Positions 18,324 to 25,912 of a stretch of 37,115 nt of DNA are shown here, one piece after another. A program made the translations under genes and the position numbers. Origin of the DNA: a virus. Under the pieces are notes generated by a model. That model saw nothing but the letters and a program-made list of their open reading frames with translations. It searched no databases and was not told where the DNA came from. Location of the stretch: the IMG/VR virus record IMGVR_UViG_3300045988_072973, one strand, 5' to 3'. Numbering within the stretch: the first letter of the stretch is position 1; every line of letters begins with the position of its first letter.

Positions 18324-18895
18324 ACGTCAAACCCCCTTTTACTTAGCGGGTCTTCCTCTTTCTTTTCAGGCTCTTTCGGTACATTTTTTACTTTTGCAAG
18401 CGGGGAAAGGAATAGTCTGTCTTCCATTTGCACCAATGCTGCCATTTTCGCGTTAATTGCTTTATCCATCGCCATTATGCCGCCGGTAGATAAGATATAC
18501 TCTATTTTTTCATAGAGTTTGGCGGCCTTGCGTTGACTGTACTCTACTTCAAGAATTTCCTGCGTTGCCGTCGTTTCTTCACCGTTTAATTCTATTCGGG
18601 CGATCATGTCTCGGCGTTCTATCAAATCTATGTACTGCGCAAACGCCATACAGTATCTTGAAATCATTCCGATGTCTGCCGAAGAAACAAATCTGAAACC
18701 GGTGTAAAGTTTCTTGATTTCTTTCCATTTTTTGTACGCTTCTTTGTTAGATTTTACATAAGCTGGGCATACTAATTTCTGTTCGCCCAAGTGTATTTCT
18801 GATTTTTTTCTGTGTTCGATTTCCGCCTTCGTCAAGTGACTCGGATTGCCTGAAACTATATGCAAATCAATAGGTTTTGCCGGACGCCCAGCCAT
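18320..18895 (-). CDS. terS: Terminase small subunit, P27 family
   Basis: N-terminus MAGRPAKPIDLHIVSGNPSHLTKAEIEHRKKSE is the typical P27-family start. Confidence 0.85.
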   Translation of the reverse strand: MAGRPAKPIDLHIVSGNPSHLTKAEIEHRKKSEIHLGEQKLVCPAYVKSNKEAYKKWKEIKKLYTGFRFVSSADIGMISRYCMAFAQYIDLIERRDMIARIELNGEETTATQEILEVEYSQRKAAKLYEKIEYILSTGGIMAMDKAINAKMAALVQMEDRLFLSPLAKVKNVPKEPEKKEEDPLSKRGFDV

Positions 18896-19022
18896 GTTAT
18901 CCCTCCTTTCTTTTTAATGTTGCCGTTTACTCATACTTGACATATCAACACATGAGTTTAATGTAAGGTCCATTTCCCGAACTTTTTTCACAAAAGAGAA
19001 GGCGCACGGTACTGTCGTCGCT

Positions 19023-19041
19023 GGTCAAAACATTTTTGACC
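19023..19041. promoter_or_regulatory. Perfect palindrome GGTCAAAA-CAT-TTTTGACC next to the G-rich CCGGGGGTGG (candidate cos / terminase recognition region)
   Basis: Read directly in the 159-bp HNH-terS intergenic region. Confidence 0.4.
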
Positions 19042-19054
19042 CGGGGGTGGTCTG

Positions 19055-19432
19055 TCAAGCTTTAATTTTATTCCCGAATCCTCCGTTTTCTCTCGCTGTT
19101 TTCTTGTCATGACATCTCTTGTTCATCGCCTGCCAGTTATTCTCATCCCAGAACAAATTCTGATTTCCTCTGTGCGGAATAATATGGTCAACTACATTAG
19201 CTGGCAGCGGATGCCCTGATGCTTTACACTTAGGGCACTCACAGAACGGATGCTGCGCTAAAAATGCTTTTCGCGCTTTAGTCCATTTATAGTTGTACCC
19301 CCGTTTTGACGGTGACTCCCGTTCAAGTTCTTTCGGACTTCTTATGTGCAATTGTTTATGCTTATCGCAATAGGTTTCTCTCGTTAGTTCATGGCATCCA
19401 GGATGTCCACATTCTCGCAATGCTCTTCTCAT
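19055..19432 (-). CDS. HNH endonuclease (packaging-associated, HK97 gp74-like position)
   Basis: Cys-rich with HIIPHRGN...N...H motifs. Lies immediately upstream of terS. Confidence 0.85.
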   Translation of the reverse strand: MRRALRECGHPGCHELTRETYCDKHKQLHIRSPKELERESPSKRGYNYKWTKARKAFLAQHPFCECPKCKASGHPLPANVVDHIIPHRGNQNLFWDENNWQAMNKRCHDKKTARENGGFGNKIKA

Positions 19433-19475
19433 ATCTCTCCTTTCAAGCAGTCAGTACCGCCGGAAAGCATAGTAA

Positions 19476-19504
19476 ATGCAAAAGCCGCCCATTTCTGAGC
19501 GGCT
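19476..19504 (-). terminator. Intrinsic terminator upstream of the HNH/packaging genes
   Basis: Minus strand reads AGCCGC-tcagaaatgg-GCGGCT followed by TTTGCATTT. Confidence 0.55.
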
Positions 19505-19566
19505 ACATGGCTTTGCAGTTCTTCTATTCAATTTTCGCATCTTAATCTTATCATACCTTGTTCTGT

Positions 19567-19602
19567 CTTTTTTGGTCTTTTTGGCTTTTTTGGCATTTTT
19601 TT
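19567..19602. repeat. Phased T/A tracts (CTTTTTTGG, CTTTTTGG, CTTTTTTGG, CATTTTTTT) at 8-10 bp spacing
   Basis: Read directly. Tracts start at 19568, 19578, 19586 and 19596. Confidence 0.7.
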
Positions 19603-19614
19603 ATTATATTTTGA

Positions 19615-19809
19615 TTAAATTTTGCCATAAACTCGTTCCATTCCCGCCCTGGTTACAAGCCAGATGTGCCCCGACTTGCGGCACTCTTCACTTGTAAACC
19701 GCGGCGGATATCCTCTTTGCCCAGAGCATGCCTGTTTGATTGTCACAACAGGTATGTTCCACAACTCTGCCGCTTCCGCTGTTGTCATAACCTTTTCAAT
19801 TAATTTCAT
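19615..19809 (-). CDS. Small helix-turn-helix DNA-binding protein, 64 aa
   Basis: MKLIEKVMTTAEAAELWNIPVVTIKQACSG... resembles an excisionase/MerR-like HTH. The ORF track extends to 19965, but the upstream part covers repeat hairpins and looks non-coding. The start is uncertain. Confidence 0.6.
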   Translation of the reverse strand: MKLIEKVMTTAEAAELWNIPVVTIKQACSGQRGYPPRFTSEECRKSGHIWLVTRAGMERVYGKI

Positions 19810-19921
19810 TACATCCCAGCCGCCTTTGCTAATGCCATTAACGAAACAAGCAATGCTATAACAGAAATCCATAATGTTAATTTTTGCATAGCTTTTGCGA
19901 ATATGATATATTATGAATGAA

Positions 19922-19956
19922 CCACCCAGAGGGTGGAGGGTGGGTGTTCCACCCTC
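19922..19956 (-). promoter_or_regulatory. Leader RNA structure: GAGGGTGG-aacac-CCACCCT-CCACCCT-ct-GGGTGG (two adjacent or alternative hairpins)
   Basis: Read directly. The tandem CCACCCT repeat is flanked by complementary GGGTGG segments. Confidence 0.5.
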
Positions 19957-19961
19957 TTCGG

Positions 19962-20039
19962 TCATTGAGCCTTGTAAAGTAATATAATCGCTGTTATCAA
20001 ATTGATTATTGCTGTTACAAGGCTTATTTTATTATTCAT
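19962..20039 (-). CDS. 25-aa hydrophobic peptide MNNKISLVTAIINLITAIILLYKAQ (leader peptide or type I toxin-like)
   Basis: Its ATG overlaps the stop of a 3-codon mini-ORF (ATG CGG ATA TGA, 20047-20036) that sits 5 nt after GGGAGGTG. It lies downstream of a consensus promoter. Confidence 0.4.
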   Translation of the reverse strand: MNNKISLVTAIINLITAIILLYKAQ

Positions 20040-20068
20040 ATCCGCATTCTCACCTCCCTTCTGTATTT

Positions 20069-20097
20069 ATTATACATCTTTTCTTATATACTGTCAA
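20069..20097 (-). promoter_or_regulatory. Perfect sigma-70-type promoter TTGACA-17 nt-TATAAT
   Basis: Minus strand: TTGACA 20097-20092 and TATAAT 20074-20069. Confidence 0.7.
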
Positions 20098-20119
20098 GCG
20101 TTTTTATATTTTTTTACTA

Positions 20120-20151
20120 AGAAATCCACCTTTCGATGGATTTCTTTTTTT
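20120..20151 (+). terminator. Plus-strand intrinsic terminator in a minus-strand gene block
   Basis: AGAAATCCA-cctttcga-TGGATTTCT followed by T7 on the plus strand. On the minus strand the hairpin is followed by an A-rich stretch. Confidence 0.55.
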
Positions 20152-20608
20152 ATTTATTGCCAGTATATATCTTTCTTTTCAGTCTTTGAAATACTATCTC
20201 AAAGCTTGCTTCTGCCGCTTCTTTTGTTTTTGTTATATTATTCCTGCTTATGCGGATTGTTCTTGATATTGCTCTATATGACCTGTGGTTTAAATACCAT
20301 TCTCTCAGTACTGTTTTCTCGTCATCGTTTTTTATCATATCTATCAGTCTTCGTGCTTCTATTCTCATGATAATGAGATCTTCATGTTCTTGCATAACCA
20401 TTTCTTTGTATTTTTCTACGAGTATTATTCTGTCTGACAAGTCGTGCTGTATTCCGCCGGAAACCTTGTCTTTTTCGTATCGCTGCCCTTTTATTTGATA
20501 GATATTTGATTTACATTCCGCAAGCTCTCTTTGCACCGACAGGTACCGCCGGTGTTGATTATATATCGCTTGAAGATATTCCTGCCCGGTTTTAAAGTCT
20601 TTTATCAT
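20150..20608 (-). CDS. Putative late-gene regulator with a sigma-70 region-4-like HTH (RinA/ArpU/DUF1492-like)
   Basis: C-terminal EKTVLREWYLNHRSYRAISRTIRISRNNITKTKEAA. Last gene before the packaging-gene leader. Confidence 0.45.
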   Translation of the reverse strand: MIKDFKTGQEYLQAIYNQHRRYLSVQRELAECKSNIYQIKGQRYEKDKVSGGIQHDLSDRIILVEKYKEMVMQEHEDLIIMRIEARRLIDMIKNDDEKTVLREWYLNHRSYRAISRTIRISRNNITKTKEAAEASFEIVFQRLKRKIYTGNK

Positions 20609-20970
20609 TTATCCCTCTTGTTTATTTTTTCAATAATCTTATCTGTTATCTTATCTACGATATCACTTGCTTTATCTATATTCGCAGGTGTTATATAGTT
20701 TGTAACAGTCATTTTGTAGAAAGTGTCTCGTGCCGGGATCATAATATTTAATATTGTGACAACGATAAGTATTTTTAATAACGAATGAAATATTTTCCGG
20801 TTTTGAATAGTTTCGGCTTCTTTATACGGACTTCTATTCGACATATAGTCGCAAAATGCAATCGCAGTAGCTATACACAAAATCCACACCAAAACATTAA
20901 TAACTAAATTAATACTGCCTATTACATCAGCCGCATAGAATATCCATGGATTTATTATTGGTTCATTCAT
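20605..20970 (-). CDS. Membrane protein, 121 aa
   Basis: Two long hydrophobic segments. Confidence 0.55.
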   Translation of the reverse strand: MNEPIINPWIFYAADVIGSINLVINVLVWILCIATAIAFCDYMSNRSPYKEAETIQNRKIFHSLLKILIVVTILNIMIPARDTFYKMTVTNYITPANIDKASDIVDKITDKIIEKINKRDK

Positions 20971-21376
20971 CGTTTTCTCCTTTCATGATTTTCATTATTT
21001 CCTCTTTGTGCATTTCTGCCGATTCTTTTGTCTTGAAACAATTCCCAATCGCTCTGTTTGAACAATCAAAAGTATTATCAGGAACGAACGTTTTATCAAG
21101 TACCCTCCCACCAGCAGTTACAATCCAGTATGTTTCACCACCAACAGGTTTAAACGGCTTTACTTTAAATTCATAAACATCGAAATATTTTATAAAAACA
21201 GCCCACATTGAATTATCATGCCATTCTCCTTTACTATTTTTTGTAAGTAGTTTCCCCTCATAGAACTTATTGTTAAAGTATTCTCCACTTGCGAGCCGTG
21301 CTTCAAACTCTTCATTTTCCGCAACGCCAATCCTATCCATTATCATTTTCATCACTTCTTCTTTTAGCGTTTTCAT
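20963..21376 (-). CDS. Hypothetical protein, 137 aa
   Basis: ORF track. Packed in the operon. Confidence 0.55.
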   Translation of the reverse strand: MKTLKEEVMKMIMDRIGVAENEEFEARLASGEYFNNKFYEGKLLTKNSKGEWHDNSMWAVFIKYFDVYEFKVKPFKPVGGETYWIVTAGGRVLDKTFVPDNTFDCSNRAIGNCFKTKESAEMHKEEIMKIMKGENDE

Positions 21377-21837
21377 ACTCTCACCATCTCCATATTTTTA
21401 ATTAAAAACCCATAATCTCTCAAATCGTATTTATCAAGCCAATTCTGAATAACTTTGTTTATTTCTTTCTCAAGATCTTTCTTTTGTTCCTCTGTGACGT
21501 CTTCAAGAAAACCATCGTAATATACACCGTAAATATAACTTTCATCATTCGCCAGGTCTTCGATTATGTTGTCAATGTCTGCTTTTGGCTTGGGTCTTGT
21601 TAATCGCCCAACATAGAAACATATAATATCGTTATAAATATAATCATTAAAAACCTCTGAATAACCTGCATAAGGTTCTTGATTATACGGTTTAGCATTC
21701 ATGAGTTCCTTGCGTCCCGCCTTTATTGCTTCTTCTTTGCTGGGATATGTATCATCACAGTTAAAATGATCTCCACCAATTCCTATTACCCATTTTTCTT
21801 TATCCTGTTTCATTTCCTCCTCCACCATTTCTGACAT
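21373..21837 (-). CDS. Hypothetical protein, 154 aa
   Basis: ORF track. Packed in the operon. Confidence 0.55.
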   Translation of the reverse strand: MSEMVEEEMKQDKEKWVIGIGGDHFNCDDTYPSKEEAIKAGRKELMNAKPYNQEPYAGYSEVFNDYIYNDIICFYVGRLTRPKPKADIDNIIEDLANDESYIYGVYYDGFLEDVTEEQKKDLEKEINKVIQNWLDKYDLRDYGFLIKNMEMVRV

Positions 21838-22334
21838 CCGATCCGCATCAACCCAATTTTTACTTCAATCGGGATTTTTTCAACATTGAAATATTCAGCA
21901 TTCTTTATTATGTATACTGCCATTTCTTCTGCATTAACAATAATTACTCCTGCTTCCGGGAATTTTTCAAACAGCACTTTCTTGATTTTTCCCTCATTTT
22001 CTTTGTACATGTTATGCGGAAATGCATAATAGACTGCCTTCGTGTACTTTGTAAGATGTTTTTCTTTCTTCTTGAAATCCGCCAAAAAGTCACTATAACT
22101 GAATTTGATTTCAACCTCCGTTAAATAATCATTTTCATTTATCCATATTAAATCTGCTTCATGACGAACCCCCTTAAACGGATATTCATATTCGATAAGA
22201 CAGCCGTCTTTATCATATTTTTTGATTCTGCATGATGTTCGCGCAAAGCTAACATTCGGTATTACAATATTCTTTTCTCCCAAATGTGCCGCTATTACAT
22301 ATTGCATTACTGCTTCTTCTTTACTTTTACTCAT
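21810..22334 (-). CDS. PD-(D/E)XK-fold protein, MmcB-like
   Basis: HEADLIWINENDYLTEVEIKFSYSDFLADFKKKEKH gives a D...E-x-K pattern. ATGA overlap with the dcm stop. Confidence 0.5.
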   Translation of the reverse strand: MSKSKEEAVMQYVIAAHLGEKNIVIPNVSFARTSCRIKKYDKDGCLIEYEYPFKGVRHEADLIWINENDYLTEVEIKFSYSDFLADFKKKEKHLTKYTKAVYYAFPHNMYKENEGKIKKVLFEKFPEAGVIIVNAEEMAVYIIKNAEYFNVEKIPIEVKIGLMRIGCQKWWRRK

Positions 22335-23783
22335 GTCTCTTCCTTAATGTCTTCAACCACCTTACTCATTACATAGTCAGCACATGGCTGTGCCATTCCG
22401 TTTCCTATTGCTCTGTATCTCGCCGTATCACTCCCGCCCTTTGTCCATTTTTCCGGAAGTCCCTGCAGTCTTTCACATTCAAGCGGCGTAAGGCGGCGGA
22501 CGTATGAGCAATCAATGTTTTTGTATATACATCCCACGGCGCTTGGTCCTCTTGCTACCAGTGTTGAGTTGATTCCGTTATCGCTGATCTTAAAATCATA
22601 TTTTGCATTTGCGCCTTGATTAAATGCCGCCCTGTCAATTGCATAGACAACCGCTAATCTTGTGGATGATTTTAATGTAGATGTTTTATCCTCATAGATC
22701 GGCATGTTGTTTTTTATACTTGCGTCTCTGTTAAATGTGTATATGAGCGGTACTTGATTCCCGCCGGTCCCCATCCTGTTATTGAGTGTCTGTACTGTTC
22801 CGTCATTTCTTTCTCTTATGACGTCTTGCGCGTGTGTCATATCAAGGACGCTTATACAGATGCCGCCTTGGTTTCTTGCTGGATTACTTCCGCTTAGATC
22901 TAACGTGTTGCTTTTGTCTACTTCTTTTATACCCGCTGTCGGATTGTTGCTTTTCATCCCCTCGCTTTCGTATGATCCGATTCTGTATGTTTTGACAAGC
23001 ACACATCTCTGGTCATGCATGCAGTTCAGCGCCCCTGCTTTTTCGCTCATTTTTATAGAGTTTATTTGTCCGTTTCCGATATCATAGACTGATGTTTCAG
23101 TACTTGGTACAGCAATTCGGGTAAGCGTTTCTTTCTTGCTTTCGCTCTTCGCAAAATACCTTGACATGCTTTCGGGCTCAAATAGTACTTCCGGTCTACC
23201 CCCCCCTATTTCTAAAACTTGCAATAAGGAAGATTCTCTCTCGATGCTGGGGGACGCCCCAATATTGAGCGTCGAGGACGCGCCATGCGAGGTGACATCT
23301 CTTACTTCGTACCATTCCGCTTCTTGCCCATTTTCCAGATCCAGGCATTGGAATATTGGCTTGTGTGATTTCGCTAAGCACGGCTTGAAAGTCACGCCCT
23401 TTGTTGCTTGAAAATGCTCCAAGAACGTTTTCCCAGATAAAGTATTTCGGGTATTCTCCTTTTGTGGCATTGAGCATATCGGAAACAATGTCATTTGCCG
23501 TCCTAAATAGTCCGCTTCGTTCACCTTTTAATCCCTCTCTTTTCCCCGCTACCGACAGATCTTGGCACGGGCTCCCCGCACAGATAATGTCCACTGGTGG
23601 TATTTTGTCACCTTTTATTTTTCTGATGTCGCCAAGTTGCATGACGTTCGGAAAGTGTTTTTTTGTGACTTCTATACAAAAAGGTTCTATTTCCGATGAC
23701 CACACGGGAACAGCCCCGTTTCGTTCTGCTGCTATACACCACCCGCCGATTCCGTCAAACAGGCTTCCCACTGTTATTTCCAT
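22331..23783 (-). pseudogene. dcm: DNA (cytosine-5) methyltransferase split into two frames at a G8 tract (about 483 aa if the tract were G7)
   Basis: The N-terminal ORF has motifs I (LFDGIGG), IV (SPCQDLS), VI (ENV) and VIII (QHRERIF) and stops right after the G8 run (plus-strand C8 at 23199-23206). The +1 frame continues to motifs IX and X (RRLTPLECERLQG, AIGNGMAQP). Confidence 0.85.
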
Positions 23784-24221
23784 CTATTTCCCTGTACTTC
23801 CCATACCGCCGGTCCTATCACCATCAGCGCTGTCATCATCCACCTTGTAATATTGATGGAAAATCCCCTGTGCAATCCTGTCTCCCATTTTTACGTTATA
23901 AGTTTTGCCTGAAATATTGGTGAGCGCTATCATGATATGCCCCTCGTTATCCGGATTGTTATAGTAGTCCGAATCAATGACGCCTACACCGTTTGCCAAG
24001 ATAAGCCCATATTTAATTGCAAGGCTTGACCTTGCATAAATCCCCAGCCACTCATAAGGTTTCATACATGCTTTTATGCCGGTGGGAATCACCTTTGTTT
24101 CACCTGGTGTGATTACAGCGTCAATGGCACTTTCAATATCATATCCCGCCGATTGTTTCGTTTTTCTTTTTGGCAAGTTTACATACTTATATCCTGTTAC
24201 TCTTTCAAATCCTCTTCTCAT
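23784..24221 (-). CDS. dut: dUTP diphosphatase
   Basis: SAGYDIES, GVGVIDSDYYN and GDRIAQGIF motifs. Confidence 0.9.
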   Translation of the reverse strand: MRRGFERVTGYKYVNLPKRKTKQSAGYDIESAIDAVITPGETKVIPTGIKACMKPYEWLGIYARSSLAIKYGLILANGVGVIDSDYYNNPDNEGHIMIALTNISGKTYNVKMGDRIAQGIFHQYYKVDDDSADGDRTGGMGSTGK

Positions 24222-24355
24222 TTTAGTTTCCTTTCTTTGTAAATCCGCTCTTCTTCATCACGTAGTTTTCTTGCCGCTTCATCGAGTTTAATTGCAGCAT
24301 ACATGATCATGCTGATAAATATCACTACACTCGCTACGTCAATTAATCTATCCAT
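24218..24355 (-). CDS. Small membrane protein, 45 aa (below the ORF-track cutoff)
   Basis: AAAGGAGGAcgaaATG start. Translation MDRLIDVASVVIFISMIMYAAIKLDEAARKLRDEEERIYKERKLK. Its stop overlaps the dut ATG (ATGA). Confidence 0.6.
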   Translation of the reverse strand: MDRLIDVASVVIFISMIMYAAIKLDEAARKLRDEEERIYKERKLK

Positions 24356-24366
24356 TTCGTCCTCCT

Positions 24367-24828
24367 TTAAAATGGGATTTCTCCCTGCTCGTATTCAGGC
24401 GGGGCATATTCTTTGCTTACTGTCCCCATGTCTTCAAATTTCACTGGTGCGGAAAATTGCGTTACAGATGTTCCGCCGGAAAAGCCTGCATTCATTGATT
24501 GTTGATTACTTCCAATCGGTTTTGCAATTACATTCGCTACTACTTCGGTAATATATCGTCTCTGCCCGTCCGGCGTGTCATATGATCTTGTAGAGTACCG
24601 CCCTTCGATAAATACATAGCTTCCTTTTGTGAGTTCATTTCCTACTGCTTCTGCCAGTTTCCCCCATGCGGTTACATTGACCCAATCAGTCAGATCTAAT
24701 ATATCCCCGTTCGCTTTTGTGATTCTCTTACTTACACCCACGGAAAATGACGCTACGGCTTTCCCTGTCTTCGTTGCTCTGATAATTGGATCTTTGGCAA
24801 GATTCCCTGTGATTTGTACTGTGTTCAT
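24367..24828 (-). CDS. ssb: Single-stranded DNA-binding protein
   Basis: OB-fold N-terminus MNTVQITGNLAKDPIIRATKTGKAVASFSVGV and an acidic C-terminal tip EYEQGEIPF. Confidence 0.9.
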   Translation of the reverse strand: MNTVQITGNLAKDPIIRATKTGKAVASFSVGVSKRITKANGDILDLTDWVNVTAWGKLAEAVGNELTKGSYVFIEGRYSTRSYDTPDGQRRYITEVVANVIAKPIGSNQQSMNAGFSGGTSVTQFSAPVKFEDMGTVSKEYAPPEYEQGEIPF

Positions 24829-24832
24829 CTTC

Positions 24833-25162
24833 TTACCTCTCTATGTATACTTCCGCATTCCTGCGTCCGAACTCTATCTCTTCATCGTATGAGTTTTTAA
24901 ATATGTCTATGCCTTCCATGCCGCCCCGGTCTTCCACGGTATACCAGTGTCCGTATATCTGTACTCTTGTTCCGAATGGCAGCCAGTTGCACGCTATGGT
25001 TCTGCCTTCTGTCGGGATGGTTCCCGATGCGGTATGTTCGTTAGGACATTCATATGGCGTATATACTGTGAGTTCTGTCGTTATCCATTCCGCTTTTATA
25101 ATTCCCGTTAGTCCGCATATAAATACCGCTGAAAATAAAACAATCCATAAGTTTCTAAACAT
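24833..25162 (-). CDS. 3D-domain (RlpA-like double-psi beta-barrel) protein with an N-terminal signal/anchor
   Basis: TVYTPYECPNEHTASGTIPTEGRTIACNWLPFGTRVQIYGHWYTVEDRGG. Confidence 0.7.
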   Translation of the reverse strand: MFRNLWIVLFSAVFICGLTGIIKAEWITTELTVYTPYECPNEHTASGTIPTEGRTIACNWLPFGTRVQIYGHWYTVEDRGGMEGIDIFKNSYDEEIEFGRRNAEVYIER

Positions 25163-25164
25163 TG

Positions 25165-25392
25165 TTATGCTCCTTTCTTTTTTAGCTTTCTGATTTCAAC
25201 ATCTCCAATGAGGATCTTTTCTATTAGCGTTCCGTTGGCTTTTGTCCAGTTCTTCCCAACCATTACCATTAAGCCTTTCCGCTCGTCTATGCAGAAGTGT
25301 TTTGATACTCTCTTCTCCGCTGGAAATAATATGCCGAATTCTTCTCCAGGCTTGATACCGAATATGTCTGTAAATGGTTTGATGTAGTTCAT
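25165..25392 (-). CDS. Hypothetical protein, 75 aa
   Basis: ORF track. Overlapping start and stop with its neighbours. Confidence 0.5.
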   Translation of the reverse strand: MNYIKPFTDIFGIKPGEEFGILFPAEKRVSKHFCIDERKGLMVMVGKNWTKANGTLIEKILIGDVEIRKLKKKGA

Positions 25393-25613
25393 TCTTCTAC
25401 CTCGTCTATTCTGTTAATTTCATGTATAAGCAGTGCCGCTGCTCTTTTCAGATTTGTTTTGCGTGATTTTACTCCCCGTATCTTTTTGCCGTGAATGATT
25501 GTTGTACCACCTATCAGGTACGCCGCCATGACGTTAAATAGTTCTGTATTGCTATATGGTTCCGCCGGAAATCCTCGGGATATTTTCAGTATTTCTTCTT
25601 CTGTGTCTGTCAT
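25389..25613 (-). CDS. Hypothetical protein, 74 aa
   Basis: ORF track. Overlapping start and stop with its neighbours. Confidence 0.5.
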   Translation of the reverse strand: MTDTEEEILKISRGFPAEPYSNTELFNVMAAYLIGGTTIIHGKKIRGVKSRKTNLKRAAALLIHEINRIDEVEE

Positions 25614-25903
25614 TGAATACCTCCTATATCTTTTATGTACTGTTCATATCCGTTTTTTATTCTTTTAAATTCAATCGCCATGACGATTTCCGGCGGACCA
25701 TCTTCATGGATCTTTTTAATAGCTGTTTTTATGATGACTATCGGACTGGTAATCAGTGTTATTATTGACGCCAATATTACTACGCCGGCTATGGTTACCA
25801 TTGCGGCAAGCGCTCTTCCCGCTCTGCACGGGATCATACTGTATACAAGCTTCTGCCATTTTCTATATCCTTTATATGCATTGATATAATCTATTTCGTC
25901 CAT
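25610..25903 (-). CDS. Membrane protein, 97 aa
   Basis: Central hydrophobic stretch ALAAMVTIAGVVILASIITLITSPIVII. Confidence 0.5.
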   Translation of the reverse strand: MDEIDYINAYKGYRKWQKLVYSMIPCRAGRALAAMVTIAGVVILASIITLITSPIVIIKTAIKKIHEDGPPEIVMAIEFKRIKNGYEQYIKDIGGIQ

Positions 25904-25912
25904 TTTTTCTCC

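Noticed and set aside
19051-19056. Minus-strand TTGACA hexamers at 19056-19051, and plus-strand ones at 10373 and about 18946, as promoters
   Set aside because: None has an acceptable -10 element at 16-18 nt spacing.
19810-19965. N-terminal 52 codons of the 116-aa ORF (MTEEGGTPTLHPLGG...)
   Set aside because: This stretch covers the GGGTGG/CCACCCT hairpin repeats and an AT-rich leader. The recognisable HTH domain starts at Met 19809. Coupling to the peptide stop (ATGA at 19962-19965) means translation cannot be fully excluded.
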